64,000 nucleotides of DNA from Somniosus microcephalus (GCA_052327205.1 CM126235.1:7316001-7380000), one strand, 5' to 3'. Counted from the stretch's first letter, positions 12,237-25,886 are shown. The notes: a model not told the origin generated them from the sequence alone. Numbers and translations: made by a program.

Positions 12237-12486
12237 CTAAACGGATAGAATTTTGCACTCTTTTTAAATTAGGTTGTATTATCCATTTTTGTTGACTCGC
12301 TGCACAATCCCTTTCCAAATAAGTTAGCAGACACAGAGGCGGTGCACTGCCCCAGGCTTAATGCCATGGAGAGGAAAAGCACAGCTTTGATCTTCTGTGC
12401 TTCTTAGTTCCCAGTGTGAAAACTGAGGGTTAGCGGAGGGGAGGAGAGTGCGGAGAGGCGGCAATGGCGTCTTCTGCAAGCTCAGA

Positions 12487-12960
12487 AAGGAAGAAAGACT
12501 TGCATTTCTACAGCGCCTTTCACGACTACCAGACGTCCCAAAGTGCTTTACAGCCAATGAAGTACTTTTTGAAGTGTAGTCACTGTTGTAATGTAGGAAA
12601 CGCAGCAGCCAATTTGCGCACAGCAAGCTCCCACAAACAGCAATGTGATATTGACCGGATAATCTGTTTTTGTGATGTGAATTGAGGGATAAATATTGGC
12701 CCCAGGACACCGGGGGGAACTCCCCCTGCACTTCATCGAAATAGTGCCGTAGGATCTTGTACGTCCACCTGAGAGAGCAGACGGGGCCTCGGTTTAACAT
12801 CTCATCTGAAAGACGGCACCTCTGACAGTGCGGCACTCCCTCAGCACTGCACTGGGAGTGTCAGCCTGGATTTTTGTGCTCAAGTCCCTGGAGTGGGACT
12901 TGAACCCACAACCTTCTGACTCAGAGGCAAGGGTGCTACCCACAGAGCCACGGCTGACAC
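12487..12960 (-). mobile_element. Full-length Deu-SINE (SacSINE1-like)
   Basis: tRNA head with B box GGTTCAAGTCC; Deu domain GCCGTCTTTCAGATGAGATGTTAAACCGAGGCCCCGTCTG; L2-type tail. Confidence 0.85.
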
Positions 12961-13004
12961 CATTTTGACACTTTGCTTTAGTAACACAGAACAAAATGGA
13001 CTGT

Positions 13005-13307
13005 TCAAGTGCCGTCTTTTGAATGAGACGTTAACAGAGGCCCCGTCTGCTCTCTCAGGAGGACGTAAAAGATCCCATGGCACTATTTTGAAGAGCAGGG
13101 GGAGTTCTCCCTGGTGTCCTGGGGCCAATATTTATCCCTCAATCAACATCACTAAAACAAATGATCTGGTCATTATCACATTGCTGTTTGTGGGAGCTTG
13201 CTGTGCGCAAATTGGTTGCCACGTTTCCTACATTACAACAGTGACCACACTTCAAAAAGTACTTCATTGGCTGTAAAGCGCTTTGGGACAAATAAATGCA
13301 AATCTTT
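13005..13307 (+). mobile_element. Deu-SINE, 5' truncated, inverted relative to 12487-12960
   Basis: Same Deu domain and tail on the opposite strand. Confidence 0.85.
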
Positions 13308-13694
13308 CTATATTACAGGCGAGAAATGGGCATAACATAATTGGCAATAATTAAAAAGCAGCCAAACAGAAGATAAACCTCTGCCCACTTTCATCTCAAA
13401 TGTTGGAATGGCCTGCAGGAATGAACTTCCTTTGGGTTCTTCAGATCCCAACATCAGTGCAATGGGTGGTTCCATTTCCTGATCGGTGAAACGCACCTTG
13501 AACTCCGAACAAATAAACCAACGTACATCTATATATCCACGTCTAACATAGTAAAGCACGTCCTGAGGCACTGCAGAGATGTGAGGAATAATGGGCGCCA
13601 AGCCAAAGGGGGAGCGATTAGAGGGGGGGGGGGGCGGGGGGTTTGAAAATGCTTAGTCAACGAGATGGGCTTTAAGGAAGGCCCTTAAATGGAG

Positions 13695-14166
13695 GATACC
13701 TGGGATGGCAGGAATGACATACGAGGAGAGATTGGGTCGATTAGGCTTATACTCGCTGGAGTTTAGAAGAATGAGAGGGGATCTCATTGAAACTTATAAA
13801 ATTCTGACAGGACTAGACAGACTAGATGCAGGAAGGATGTTCCCGATGGCGGGGGAGTCCAGAACCAGGGGTCACAGTCTAAGGATAAGGGGTAAGCCAT
13901 TTAGGACAGAGATGAGGAGGAATTTCTTCACCCAGAGAGTGGTGAACCTGTGGAATTCTCTGCCACACAGGGCAGTTGAGGCCAATTCATTAAATATATT
14001 CAAGAAGGAGTTAGATATATTTCTTAAGGCTAAAGGGATCAAGGGATATGGGAAGAAGGCAGGGACAGGGTACTGAGTTTGGATGATCAGCCATGATCTC
14101 ATTGAATGGCAGAGCAGGCTCGAGGGGCCGAATGGCCTACTCCTGCTCCTATCTTCTATGTTTCTA
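13695..14166 (+). mobile_element. CR1 3' end, young-looking subfamily
   Basis: ORF 13705-14076 runs to the natural stop; near-identical copies at 18296-18705 (+), 37530-38305 (+), 39630-40140 (+) and 48920-49340 (-). Confidence 0.9.
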
Positions 14167-14724
14167 GGAGTGGGAGAGACAGAGGTTTAGGAAGGGAATT
14201 CTAGACGGTGGGACCTCGGCAGCTGAAAGCGTGAGCAGCAATAGCCTTCCCTCCACAGGAATACATATGGATGGGACTTGGGACGCAAGTGGAAAGCACA
14301 GCTAATGGGCTATCTTGCAGGACCGCCGCTGTTTAGGCATGGAGATCGATGACCTACAGCAAGTTGCAAGGCAGTAGTTCGGCTCGGCCTTCAGGGAGCA
14401 TTAGAAACCCTGGACAGCAAACATCAGCACAACCCTGCCCAAGATTGACTTGGAGCCTTAAACTCACCACCAGTTTTTATTCTTCGCCGTATCAGTGCTG
14501 GGCTATTCATGGCGAGGGCGAGAGGGAGCGACATTACAGCTGAGCCCAGTCTTGCACACGACATGTACAGATGTGCACTTTCCAGCGCTCGGGGGGAGGG
14601 CTAGGGGAGATGGGGGGTGGGGGGAAGATCGTCACTGTGCAGCAATCAGGAGTAGAAATGCTGGCTGATATTCTCTTCCCTTAGTCAGGCACTCCGAATG
14701 CTGCCCCATGTGAAGTCAGCCAAG

Positions 14725-15150
14725 ACATAGAATGATACAGCACAGGAGGCCGCCATTCAGCCCATCGTGCCTGTGCCGGCTCTTTGAAAGAGCTCTCCAA
14801 ATAGTCCCACTCCCCCTGCTCTTCCCCCATAGCCCTGCAATTCTTTCCCCCCCCCCCCCCCCCCCCCCCCCCAATTTTAAGTATATATTCAATTCCCTTT
14901 TGAAACTTACTATTGAATCTGCTTCCACCGCCCTTTCAGGCAGCGCGTTCCAGATCATAACAACTCACTGCGTAAAAAACATTTCTCCTCATTTCCCCCC
15001 TGGCTTTTTTGCCAGTGATCTTAAATATATGTGTCCTCTGGTAACCGACCCACCCACAAGTGGAATGAATTACTCTATATTTACTCTCATCAAAATCCCT
15101 CATAATTTTGAACACCTCTATTAAGTCTCCTCTTAACCACCTCTGATCGG
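14725..15150 (-). mobile_element. CR1 3' fragment
   Basis: LRGDLIEVFKIM...IWNALPERAVEADS. Confidence 0.82.
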
Positions 15151-15761
15151 AGGAGAACACAATCCTGGCAACAGACTGCCAGGAAATAACATTTCAAGAT
15201 GAAAAAACAGCAGGAATAAATCAGGGTTCTTTCTCCCTTGCATAACAAGGGGAGAATGCTCATTTTGGCAACGGCTTAAATGTCTCTTTTTACTGAAACC
15301 ACCGGCATGACTGATCAGAATGAAAGTGAGACAATCACAACAGCAAAAAAAAAAGGATGAAAATGGAGCACTGAGAAACTGGGTCCAGCAGCCAAGGAGC
15401 ATAATAAATCGGCGCAGAGTTAAATCCTGACTAGCTGGATGTACAAACCCCCTCCACCCCCATTACCACTCCGCTAATTAGCTAGCATTAAATCAGAGCT
15501 GACAACCAGGGAAGTGAGGTGGAACGAGCGCTGGCTTTTATTTAATGACCCACGCTGGAGGCATCGAAAGAACAGGCAGCATAGCCGAAACGGTTTTCCC
15601 ATTAATGTTCCGCTACAGTTAACCACATAGCCCTGCCTGTGGCGAACGGTCGACACCAGGCTGCAGATCTGCAACTTTTCCGAAACTGCGGTGTTCTCCG
15701 TCTGGTGGGGGGGGGGGGGGGGGGGGGAAAACCCCAAACAGGCGGGTTTGCATTTACTTGC

Positions 15762-15905
15762 CTTGGCTTCCTCGATGTACGGGGAGAAGAGTCGCGGTCT
15801 GGCGCCGATGCCAGAAGCCTTGAGGCAAAACCACGCTCTGGATTTCCTGCCCTCTGGAGGAGGCAGCATGTCCAACGGGGGCGAGCTGATCAACGCCCGC
15901 TTCAT
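15762..15905 (-). CDS. btbd7: BTBD7-like exon (144 nt) with a GC donor
   Basis: MKRALISSPPLDMLPPPEGRKSRAWFCLKASGIGARPRLFSPYIEEAK; ttgcAG acceptor; donor AAG|GCAAGT. Confidence 0.9.
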
Positions 15906-16136
15906 CTGCAACACACACAAAAAAAGAATTTTTTCTCCCCCCACTTTGTAATGAGAGTACTTGAGAACGAAAACCGTACAATATGCACAGGAGTGCACGC
16001 CACAGTTAAACACACACTTTCAGCCGAGCTCGATACAACATAAGAACAGGAGGAGGCCACTTAGCCCCCTCGCGCCTGTTCCACCATTCAATGAGATCAT
16101 GGCTGATCTGCAGCCCAACTCCATATACCGTGCTCG

Positions 16137-16575
16137 CTGACCCACATTGGCTCCCGGTTAAGCAGCGTCTCGATTTCAAAATTCTCATCATTGTTTTCAA
16201 ATCCCTCCACGGCCTCGTCCCCTTCCTAGCTCTCTAACCTCCTTCAGCCCCACAACCCCGCCGAGATATCTGCGCTCCTCTAATTCTGCCCTCTTGAGCA
16301 TCCCTGATTATAATCGCTCAACCTCTGGTGGCCGTGCCTTCTGTTGCCTGGGCCCTAAGCTCTGGAATTCCCTGCCTAAACCTCTCCGCCTCGCTACCTC
16401 TCTCTCCTCCTTTAAGACGCTCCTTAAAACCGACCTCTTTGACGAAGCTTTTGGTCACCAGCCCTAATTTATCCTTATGTGGATTGGTGTCAAATTTTTT
16501 GTTTTAAAATACTCCTGTGCAGCGCCTTGGGACGTTTTACTACGTTAAAGGCGCTATATAAATACAAGTTATTGT
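16137..16575 (+). mobile_element. L2 LINE 3' end inserted in a CR1
   Basis: LHWLPV...FKIL...GGRAF...GPKLWNSLP-type coding sequence and L2 tail; other L2 ends at about 5405-5750, 26707-27115, 33843-34100, 46340-46655 (-) and 61940-62330 (+). Confidence 0.8.
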
Positions 16576-16966
16576 TTGCTCCATATCCCTTAATAGCTTT
16601 GGTTAAGAAAAATCTATCAATCTCGGATTTAAAATTAACTGACCTAGCATCAACTGCAGTTTTCGGAAGAGAGTTCCAAACGTCTACCACCCTTTGTGTG
16701 TAGAAGTGTTTCCTAATTTCACTCCTGACAGGCCTGGCTCTAATTTTTTAGACTCTGCCCCCTCGTCCTAGACTCCCCAACCAGCGGAAATAGTTTCTCT
16801 CGAATCTACTCCATCAGTTCCCCTTAATATCTTGAAAACTTCAATCAACCCCCTCCCATTAACTTCAAAGTTTACCTCGTGGGAGAGCCACAGAAGCTTC
16901 AGTGGCAGAGATGACAGCTGATAAACCTGCCGGGTCTTTGTGGTCAGTTTATGTTCTGACCATTCC

Positions 16967-17688
16967 GATTCCTGGGATGGCAGGACTGTCGTATGAGGAG
17001 AGATTGGGTCGACTAGGCCTGTATTGACTAGGAGTTTAGAAGAATGAGAGGGGAATGTCATGAATCTGATCATTCATGAAGAAATGACTCATGAAGTAAC
17101 ACTGGGCAGCCAGCTGGTGGCGCTGTCCAAGGAGTATAAATACTCAGGCGTGGGCCCAGCTTGCTCAGGATGTTTCTGTAACCAGGAACTAGTGATGTAA
17201 CTAGAATCTCATGGTTTTGAAACAGTTGATTAAAGTCTTGTTTTATACTCAAACCAAGGGCTCAGTAGTCTTTTTAGATCAGGGATCTCGTGGAAACGTA
17301 TAAAATTCTGACCGGGCTAGACAGACTGGATGCAGGGAGGATGTTTCCCCCTGGCTGGGGGGGGGGGGGGGGGGGGCGGGGGGGTCTAGAACGAGGGGTC
17401 ACAGTCTCAGGATACAGGGTCGGACATTTAGGGGCTGAGATGAGGAGAAATTTCTTCACTCAGAGGGTGGTGAACCTGTGGAATTCTCTACCACAGAAGG
17501 CTGTGGAGGCCAAGTCACTGAATATATTTAAGAAGGAGATTGATAGATTTCTAGACACAAAAGGCATCAAGGGGTATGGCGAGAGCGCGGGAATATGGTA
17601 TTGAGATAGAGGATCAGCCATGATCATATTGAATGGCGGAGCAGGCTCGAAGGGCCGAATGGCCGACTCCTGCTCCTATTTTTCTATG
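16967..17688 (+). mobile_element. CR1 3' end interrupted by a solo LTR
   Basis: CR1 sequence AGAATGAGAGGGGA...GGGATCTC resumes after the 17056-17281 insert. Confidence 0.88.
17056..17281 (+). mobile_element. Solo LTR (226 bp)
   Basis: TG...CA ends, TATAAATA, ATTAAA; flanked by GGGAA/GGGAT; homologous to 49927-50146. Confidence 0.8.
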
Positions 17689-17810
17689 GGCCGGGTCTTT
17701 GCTGCGGTATGGCTCTACGAGCATTAGCCACCCTCACTAAAGTGGCCAATCACCTAGCCAAGGTGGCGAGAGTTGTCCAACTATTAACTGGGACGCACCA
17801 CAGCCATTAA

Positions 17811-18220
17811 GGGGCACGGGAGCATTGTGGTTATGTTACTGAACTAGTAATCCAGGAGTCTGAACTAATGATCTGGAGACGAGTTCAAATCCCTCCAGGG
17901 AAGTCGGGAATTGATTAAATAATTAAATATCTGTTGGTTGCAAAAACCCATCTGGTTCACTAATGTCACTTTAGGGAAGGAAATCTGCCGTCCTTACCCG
18001 GTCTGGCCTATATGTGACTCCAGACCCACAGCAATGTGGTTGATTCTTAACTGCCCTTGGAAATGGCCACTAGGAAGCCACTCCGTCATATCAAAAAAAC
18101 TGCTACGATGGACAGCAGCGGGTCGAGACGGTGGCTTCTCCAGGGCAATTAGAGATGGGCAATAAATGCTGGCCTTGCCAGCGATGCCCACATCCCGTAA
18201 ACAAATAATAAATAAAAAAA
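17811..18220 (+). mobile_element. tRNA-derived SINE sharing its tail with the second CR1 family
   Basis: B box GAGTTCAAATCC; 3' end GGGCAATTAGAGATGGGCAATAAATGCTGGCC matches the tail of 42402-43340; second copy at about 40615-40985 (-). Confidence 0.7.
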
Positions 18221-19751
18221 CTAGCCCATTTGGTTCACTGGGCAGCGATCAATGACAGGACCTGTGGTTAATATTCCCTTCCCTAATCCAAGAGCACTGA
18301 GTTTAGAAGATTGAGAGGGGATCTCATCGAAACCTATAAAATTCTGTCAGGCCTGGACAGACTAGATGCAGGAAGGATGTTCCCGATGGCCGGGGAGTCC
18401 AGAACCAAGGGTCATAGTCTAAGGATAAGGGGTAAGCCATTTAGGACTGAAATGAGGAGGAATTTCTTCACCCAGAGAGTGGTGAACCTGTGGAATTCTC
18501 TGTCACAGAGGGCGGTGGAGGCCAGTTCATTAAGTATATTCAAGAAAGAGTTGGATATATTTCTTAAGGCTAAAGGGATCAAGGGATATGGGGAGAAGGC
18601 AGGGACAGGGTACTGAATTTGGATGATCAGCTATGATCTCATTGAATGGCGGAGCAGGCTCGAAGGGCCTACTCCTGCTCCTATCTTCTGTGTTTCTATG
18701 TTTCTAAGCCAACTGTAGCATCGTTAATTCAACACAGACTGGGGCCTTCATGGGCGGGTATCGCACGGAGCAGTGTATTTACCAACTAAACCATCGGGGA
18801 GCTCACTCACACAAGGATAACACGCTACCGGGCTGGGAAAGAGCCAAATCGATTCTGTGCTCTGCTGGTTTGGGTGTACATGAGATGGAGAGCCAGAGTG
18901 AAAGAGTAAAGGGACGGAGACTCTGCTTCGCTGCTAACCTGGCCGCCGCTCTATATCGGGCAAGCCCAATGGCATTTGCCCCAGGGCAGTTTTAACTGGC
19001 TGTAAATTTCAGGTTCCACGCCAAAGGAATTATGTTGATAACAGAGTGGCGCCTGTTCAATGATGGGTGCTAGATGCACACAAGATATGGCTGCTTTAGG
19101 AGACCAGGAATGGCAAGCCACATAACGCGTAATGTATTTTTCTGCTGCTAAAGTAAGTCACCTTGTTACGCAAACGGCAAGTTCATTTGAGAGTTTAGTT
19201 GCTCTCCACGCTGCAGGGAAGAACCTTGGCATGGTTTTTTATTATTTTTTGTTAAAAAGGAGCACTCGGTAAGGTCGATTAAAAGAGACATTCTTATTTA
19301 GGTATTTTCTGTTCTTGAAGAGTTTCAAAAGGTACATTCGAAATTTCTGTCCTTACATTTTGTTCCTGTGAGACAGAAATTTGAAGTGTGATTGACGGGA
19401 AATGTACACCACTTATATAACTAGCAGATCCCTTGTGGCGTTATTCATGTTAAGTGAGAGGATGCACTCTTTTATAAAAGTCAGAAACATTATACTATTT
19501 AAAGTGAATGCGCGTGTTCCTTTCAGGCTACATGCCTAATAATGTTAAGTAAATAGTGGGTTCATACAGAGGTCAATTAAGAGGGCGCTGCTGTTAAGTA
19601 AATACTGGGAGACTGCAGACATTCTGTCTCTGGTATATCGAGAACTATTGCTTTTCCTATATATTGTTCTTTGACGTGTGGCAGAAAGTTGTGACTGACA
19701 GGGAATGCACGCTACTTGTACTATTTTGTAATACGATCAATAGATTACCCA

Positions 19752-19963
19752 TCTCTTCTCTTATCTCTTAGGCAGTCCCTCGGAACCGAGGATGACTTGC
19801 TTCCACATTAAAAATGAGCTCGCAGGTGACTGATGAGTCCAATGCGGGACCTACAGTCTCTGTCACAGCTGGGGCAGACAGTGGTTGAAGGGGCGGGTGG
19901 GTGGGGTGCTTGGGTTGACGTGCACTCCTTGCGCTTGGCTTCCGCTTGCTCCGGGCGAAGAGA
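19752..19963 (-). mobile_element. RTE-clade LINE 3' end (same family as 10981-11594)
   Basis: Reverse complement is near-identical to 11380-11590. Confidence 0.8.
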
Positions 19964-20137
19964 CTCAGCTGTGGCTCAGTGGCTAGCACGCTCGCCTCCG
20001 AGTCAGAAGGTTGTGGGTTCAAGTCCCACTCCAGAGACTTGAGCACATAATCTAGGCTGACACTCTTGGTGCAGTACTGAGGGAGCGCTGCACTGTTGGA
20101 GGTGCCATGTTTAAAATGAGACGTTAAGCCGTCCCTC

Positions 20138-23100
20138 TGATCCTGTCCTTCCTAGGGTCCTACCATTCATTGTGTATTCCCTTGCCTTGTTAGTCCTCCC
20201 AAAATGCATCACCTCACACTTTTCAGGGTTAAATTCCATTTGCCACTGTTCTGCCCATCTAACCAACCCATCTATATCGTCCTGTAGCCTGAGGCTTCCC
20301 TCCTCGCTATTTACCACTCCACCAATTTTCGTGTCATCTGCAAACTTACTGATCATACCTCCTACATTCATATCTAAATCAGCAAAGGACCCAGCACCGA
20401 TCTCTGTGGTACACCACTGGACACAGGCTTCCAGTCACAAAAACAATCTTCGACCATCACCCTCTGCCTCCTGCCACTAAGCCAATTTTGGATCCAATGT
20501 GCCAAATTGTCCTGGATCCCATGGCCTCTTACCTTCTTGACCAGTCTCCCATGTGGGACTTTGTCAAAAGCCTTACTGAGGTCCATGTAGACTACATCAA
20601 CTGCACTACCCTCATCCACACACCTAGTCACCCCCTCGAAAAATTCAATCAAATTGATTAGACATGATCTCCCCCTGACAAAGCCATGCTGACTATCCTT
20701 GATTAATCCTTGCCTCTCCAAATGGAGACTAATTCTGTCCCTCAGAATTTTTTCCAATAATTTCCCTACCACTGATGTTAGGCTCACTGGCCTGTAATTC
20801 CCTGGTTTATCCCTACTACCCTTCTTGAATAATGGTACTACGTTAGCTGTTCTCCAGTCCTCTGGCACCTCCCCTGCGGCCAGAGAGGTTCTGAAAATTT
20901 GTGTCAGAGACCCTGCAAGCTCCTCCCTTGCCTCACACAGCAGCCTGGGATACATCTCATCTGGGCCTGGGGATTTATCCACTTTTAAGCCTGCTAAAAC
21001 TGCTAGTACCTCCTCCCTCTCAATACTAATTTGTTCAAGTATATCACAATCCCCCTGCCTGATTTCTATGCCTACATCGTCCTTCTCCATAGTGAACACA
21101 GATGCAAAATATTAATTTAAAACCTCACCTACATCTTCCGGCTCTACAAACAGATTGCCACTTGGTCCCTAATGGGCCCTACACTTTCACTGGTTATCCT
21201 CTTGCCCTTAATATACTTATAAAACATCTTGAAATTTTCCTTTATTTTGCCCGCCAGTGTTTTTTCATGCCCCCTCTTCGCTCTAATTTTTTTTTAATTT
21301 TTTTTTAATAAAAAGTACCTCCCTGCACTTTCTATACTCCTCTAGGGCTTCCACTGTTTTTAGTCCTTTGTATCTGCCAAAAGCCTCCCTTTTTTTCCTA
21401 ATCCATTCTTGTATATCCCTTGACATCCAGGGTTCCCTGGGCTTGTTGGTCCCACCCTTGACCTTTACGGGAACATGTTGACGTTGTACTCTCTCTATTT
21501 CTTTTCTGAAAGACTCCCACTGCTCTGATGTGGATTTTCCTACAAGTAGCTGATCCCAGTTCACTTTGGCCAGATCCTGCCTTATTATATTAAAATCGGC
21601 CTTCCCCCAATTTAGAACCTTTATTTCCGGTCCATCTTTGTTCTTTTCCATGACTACCTTAAATCTCACCGAATTATGGTCACCGTCACCAAAATGCTCT
21701 CCTACTGACACTTCCACCACTTGCCCGGCTACACTCCCTAGAATTAGGTCCAGTACCACCCCCTTTCTTGTAGGACTTTCTACATGCTGGCTCAAAAAGC
21801 TCTCCTGGATGCACTTTAAGAATTCCGCACCCTCTAAGCCTTTCACACTCTGACTATCCCAGTTAATATTCCAGAAGTTGAAATCCCCTACTATTTCTAC
21901 ACTTCTGATATTTGCCTACATATCTGTGCCTCTATCTTCCCCTGACTGTTTGGGGGCCTATAGTACACTCCCAGCAAAGTGCTTGCCCCCTTTTTGTTTT
22001 TAAGTTCTACCCATATGGCCTCATTAGAGGAACTTGCTAAGATATCATCCCTCCTTACAGCAGTAATTGACTCCTTGATTAATATTGCAACACCCCCTCC
22101 TCTTTTACACCCCCCTCTGTCTCGCCTGAAGATTCTATACCCCGGAATATTGAGCTGCCAGTCCTGACCCTCCCTCAACCATGTCTCTGTGATAGCAACA
22201 ATATCATACTCCCATGTGTTCATCAACACCTTCAATTCATCTGCCTTACTTGCAAAACTCCTTGCATTAAAATAAATGATATCCAGCCTTGCCATACTCC
22301 CTTGTGCCGTTACATATTTGCTCTGCCTTCCAAGCTAACTTGTTTTTTCCTTTATATTTGGCTGTGCATCACTCTCTGCTATAGCTCCACCCCGTATCCC
22401 ATCCCCTTGCCAAATTAGTTTAAAACCGCACCCCCCCGCCCCCACAAACAGTACTAGCAAACCTCCCCGCAAGGATGTTGGTCCCGTTCCGGTTCAGGTG
22501 CAACCCGTCCAACTTGTACAGGTCCCACCTTCCCCAGAAGCAGACCCAGTGATCCAGGAAACTAAAGCCCTCCGTCCTGCACCAACTCTTTAGCCAGGCA
22601 TTCACCTGCTCCTCCTATTCCTATACTCACTAGCACGTGGCACCGGGAGTAATCCAGAGATTGCAACCTAATCTGCTACCCAGCTCCCTAAATTCTTGTT
22701 GCAGGACCTCATCCCTCTTTCTACCCATGTCGTTGGTACCAATGTGAACCACGACCTCTGACTGTTCACCCTCCCCCTTCAGAACGCCCTGCAGCCGTTC
22801 AGTGACATCCTTGACCCTGGCACCAGGGAGACAACATACCATCCTGGAGTCCCGTCTACGGCCACAGAACCGTCTATCTGTTCCCCTTACGATAGAATCC
22901 CCTATCACTATTGCTCTCCCACTCTTTTTCCTCCCCTCCTGTGCAGCTGAGCCACTCGTAGTGCCACGGACTGGGCTCTTGCTGCATTCCCCTGAGAAAC
23001 CATCTCCCCTAGCAGTATCCAAAACGGAGAGGGAGATGGACCCAGGGGACTCCTGCACTACCTTCCTAGTTCTTTTACTCTGTCTGGCGGTCACCCATTT

Positions 23101-23590
23101 CCTGTCTGCCTGTGCACTCTTTACCTGCGGTGTGGTGTGACCACCTCGTTAAACGTGCTATCCACGAAGATCTCAGCTTCGTGGATGCTCCACAATGTCT
23201 CCAGCCGCAGCTCCAGCTCCGAAACGCGATTGAGTAGCTGTAGCTGGAGACACTTCCTGCACGTGTTCGGCCTGGACACCAAAACTGTCCCTGGCTTCCC
23301 ACATAGCACAGGAGGAGCACTCCACGCTGCCGAGCTGCCCTGCCATGTCCTACCCTTAATTTACTCCCTTTAATCTAAAGGAAGTAAAGAATATTAAATA
23401 CACTAGGGACCTTACTTCCCTTTAAACACTACTTACTCTAAATTAGAGACATTACTTTTACTTTAACGACTAGACTGTAGAAATACTCACCAGGTCCTGG
23501 AAGCTGACAAAGATAGAAAAAGGAACACCTCCCTCCCCGAACTCCCTCACTCACCAAACTCTCAGCTTAACACTCTGTTCCAAGCTGCAC
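20138..23590 (-). mobile_element. Long degenerate CR1 LINE (ORF1 with zinc finger and SGNH esterase; ORF2 APE endonuclease and RT), 3' end missing
   Basis: ORF1 pieces CRKCLQLQLL, AIVIGDSIVRG...VHIGTND and DGLHLN; APE YFNARS, VAITETWL, GVYYRPP; RT KSPGPD, NYRPVSLTS, QHGF, SKAFDKV, SGVPQ, KFADD; broken by frameshifts and stops. Confidence 0.92.
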
Positions 23591-25756
23591 TCCGTCTAGC
23601 GCCTTTAACGTAGCAAAATGTCCCAAGGCGCTTCACACACAAACAATTACAATTACTAGATAGCAGCCCATCACCATCGCAGAGCAACTATGAATGGGCA
23701 ATAAACAATCAATTTTAAAATGCACAATTCAACCAACTTGTTCTGCTGAAGCTTAGGTCTGGCCAGTGTTTGGATCAAAACAAAATTGTTAATGAAATCG
23801 GAGTGCAATGACGTTACATCCTAAAGTATATACACAGGCATACTTTCAGTCCTGGGGAAAGAGTGCCAAGTGTTCATCGCACAGCTAGAATCAGACTTGT
23901 ATAAATAGTTTACTGCACTTCAAAAAGAAATTTTACCACTTTAAAGCAGTATTGATGTCTTTAAACACAGGTTTATACCAGTCCCATAGGAACAATGCTC
24001 TAGTTTCAAAATATATTTAGGCACACAGGCTGGGGCACATTTCCTCTTTGCTCAGTCCTACAAGTGTTTCAGATTTTCCCTGCCCTAAGCCCAGGAATGT
24101 TGCATTGCCTGGGCACCGTGAATACAGGAATGCTGAACAGGGAGGGGGGGGGGGGGGGGGGGGTGGAGCTGGCCAATTTTCTATTCACCATGGATGGAAA
24201 GTCAGGCAAGTGCTGCTCTCTGCTCAATGCTCCTGTATGCACTGGTCCCTCGCAATCCATTGACCCCAGAGGCGGGACCAGGAATAATCTGCCACAGTAA
24301 GCTGGTCTCGTTTGGATTTCAGGCGACTTGATATTGAAAAGATGGCACCCAGTGTTCACACGACTAGATCCAGTTCCCTATCCTGGCAGGAGATGAATAA
24401 CACCGCGCCGCCCCCCCCCCAAAAAAATAAGTGTCTATGATCAGCAGCGTTTATTTGCAACACCAGTGGGTTGGACCAGATTTCTGATTGGTCCCCACCC
24501 TTCCGATCCCCTGACCTTCTCCACAGGGAGAAAAGCGTGGTTGAGGCCGCAGTCCTGCGGCTAGGCGCATACGTGTTTGGAACCTCCGGTGTGCATGCGC
24601 AGCCACAATGTCGGGTGCGCATGCGCGGTTCCGGGACGGTGTTTAGGCACCCCCCCCCAACCCCACCAATACATCGCGCAACTTTAAATGCATCAGTGTA
24701 TGTCTCCTGTATGACTCTGGACTGCACCAGGCTGCATGTTTACACCACTGGACATGCAGGGAGCCTCAGCAAGCCGATTCCAATTCCCTTTTCCCAGATG
24801 CTGTATCTGCATTATCATAAATACCCGTGATTGATGCATTCCCAGCAGATTTTGCGTTTCATAGTGATATTACATCACCTTATGCAAACGTGTGATTAGC
24901 AGAATAGAAGTTGATGTACAGCCAAGTTTTTGGGGACGGTGAGTAATTTGGAAACAAGTTCTTTTTTTCTTGAAATAGAACATTTTGTATTCTGACCCAT
25001 GGTTTTTTGTCTCCCTATTCACCGATTAAACATTTAAAAAAAATCATAATAAAAAAGCTTCTGCTCCATCCCCTGCTGGAAAATGCATGTATTTGACTAT
25101 CGGTTAAAGACAGGATTGGACTTGGCTGTGATGGCCTACACAGCCGAATAGTATACCGACATTTGTTGTACAGGCTTACACCTGAAGAGAGGCCCTCTTG
25201 GACAAGGTACCGGAGGGCAGGGCAAGGGCAGCAGGCACAGGGGAACACCACCAGCTCCAAGTTCCCCTCCAAGTCACACACCATCCAGCCTTGGAAATAT
25301 ATCGGCCGTTCCTTCATCGTCGCTGGGTCAAAATCCTGGAACTCCCTCCCTAACAGCACTGTGGGAGTTCCTTCGCCACACGGGACTGCAGCTGTTCAAG
25401 GCGGCGGCTCACCACCACCTTCGCAAGGGCAATTAGGGATGGGCAATAAATGCTGGCCCTGCCAGCAACACCCGCATCCAGTCAATTAATTAAAAAAAAA
25501 AAATGGTATCCCTGGAACAGTACCAGCAAGAGTCAGTGGCTTCGGGAGGGGAGGAAAAAATTAGTTGTAATTTTTGGCAACAGTTTGATGAAACTGCAAT
25601 TTGAAAAAGCTCTCCAAGAGTTTATTTTCAATTGGCAGCCTATTATATTTTTTAAAAATGAAGCCATTGTCCATTTTGATTATGGGTATTTATGATAATG
25701 CAGGTACAGTATCTGGGAAAAGGGAATCAAAATCAGTTTGCTGGTGCAGTCCTCAG

Positions 25757-25886
25757 CAATGTTCCCAGTATTTTTTGGGGGGTACACAGCCCCCATAAAG
25801 GGGCAGTGCGACCCATTCACAGTTTTTAAACATTGAAAAAGGTCTGCCACGGGCTGCGCGGAACCGGCAGAGTCGAGGGAGCATTT
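25757..25886. mobile_element. hAT-type MITE copy, degenerate
   Basis: Ends CAATGTTCCC / GGGAGCATTT; TSD GTCCTCAG / GTCCCGAG. Confidence 0.65.
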
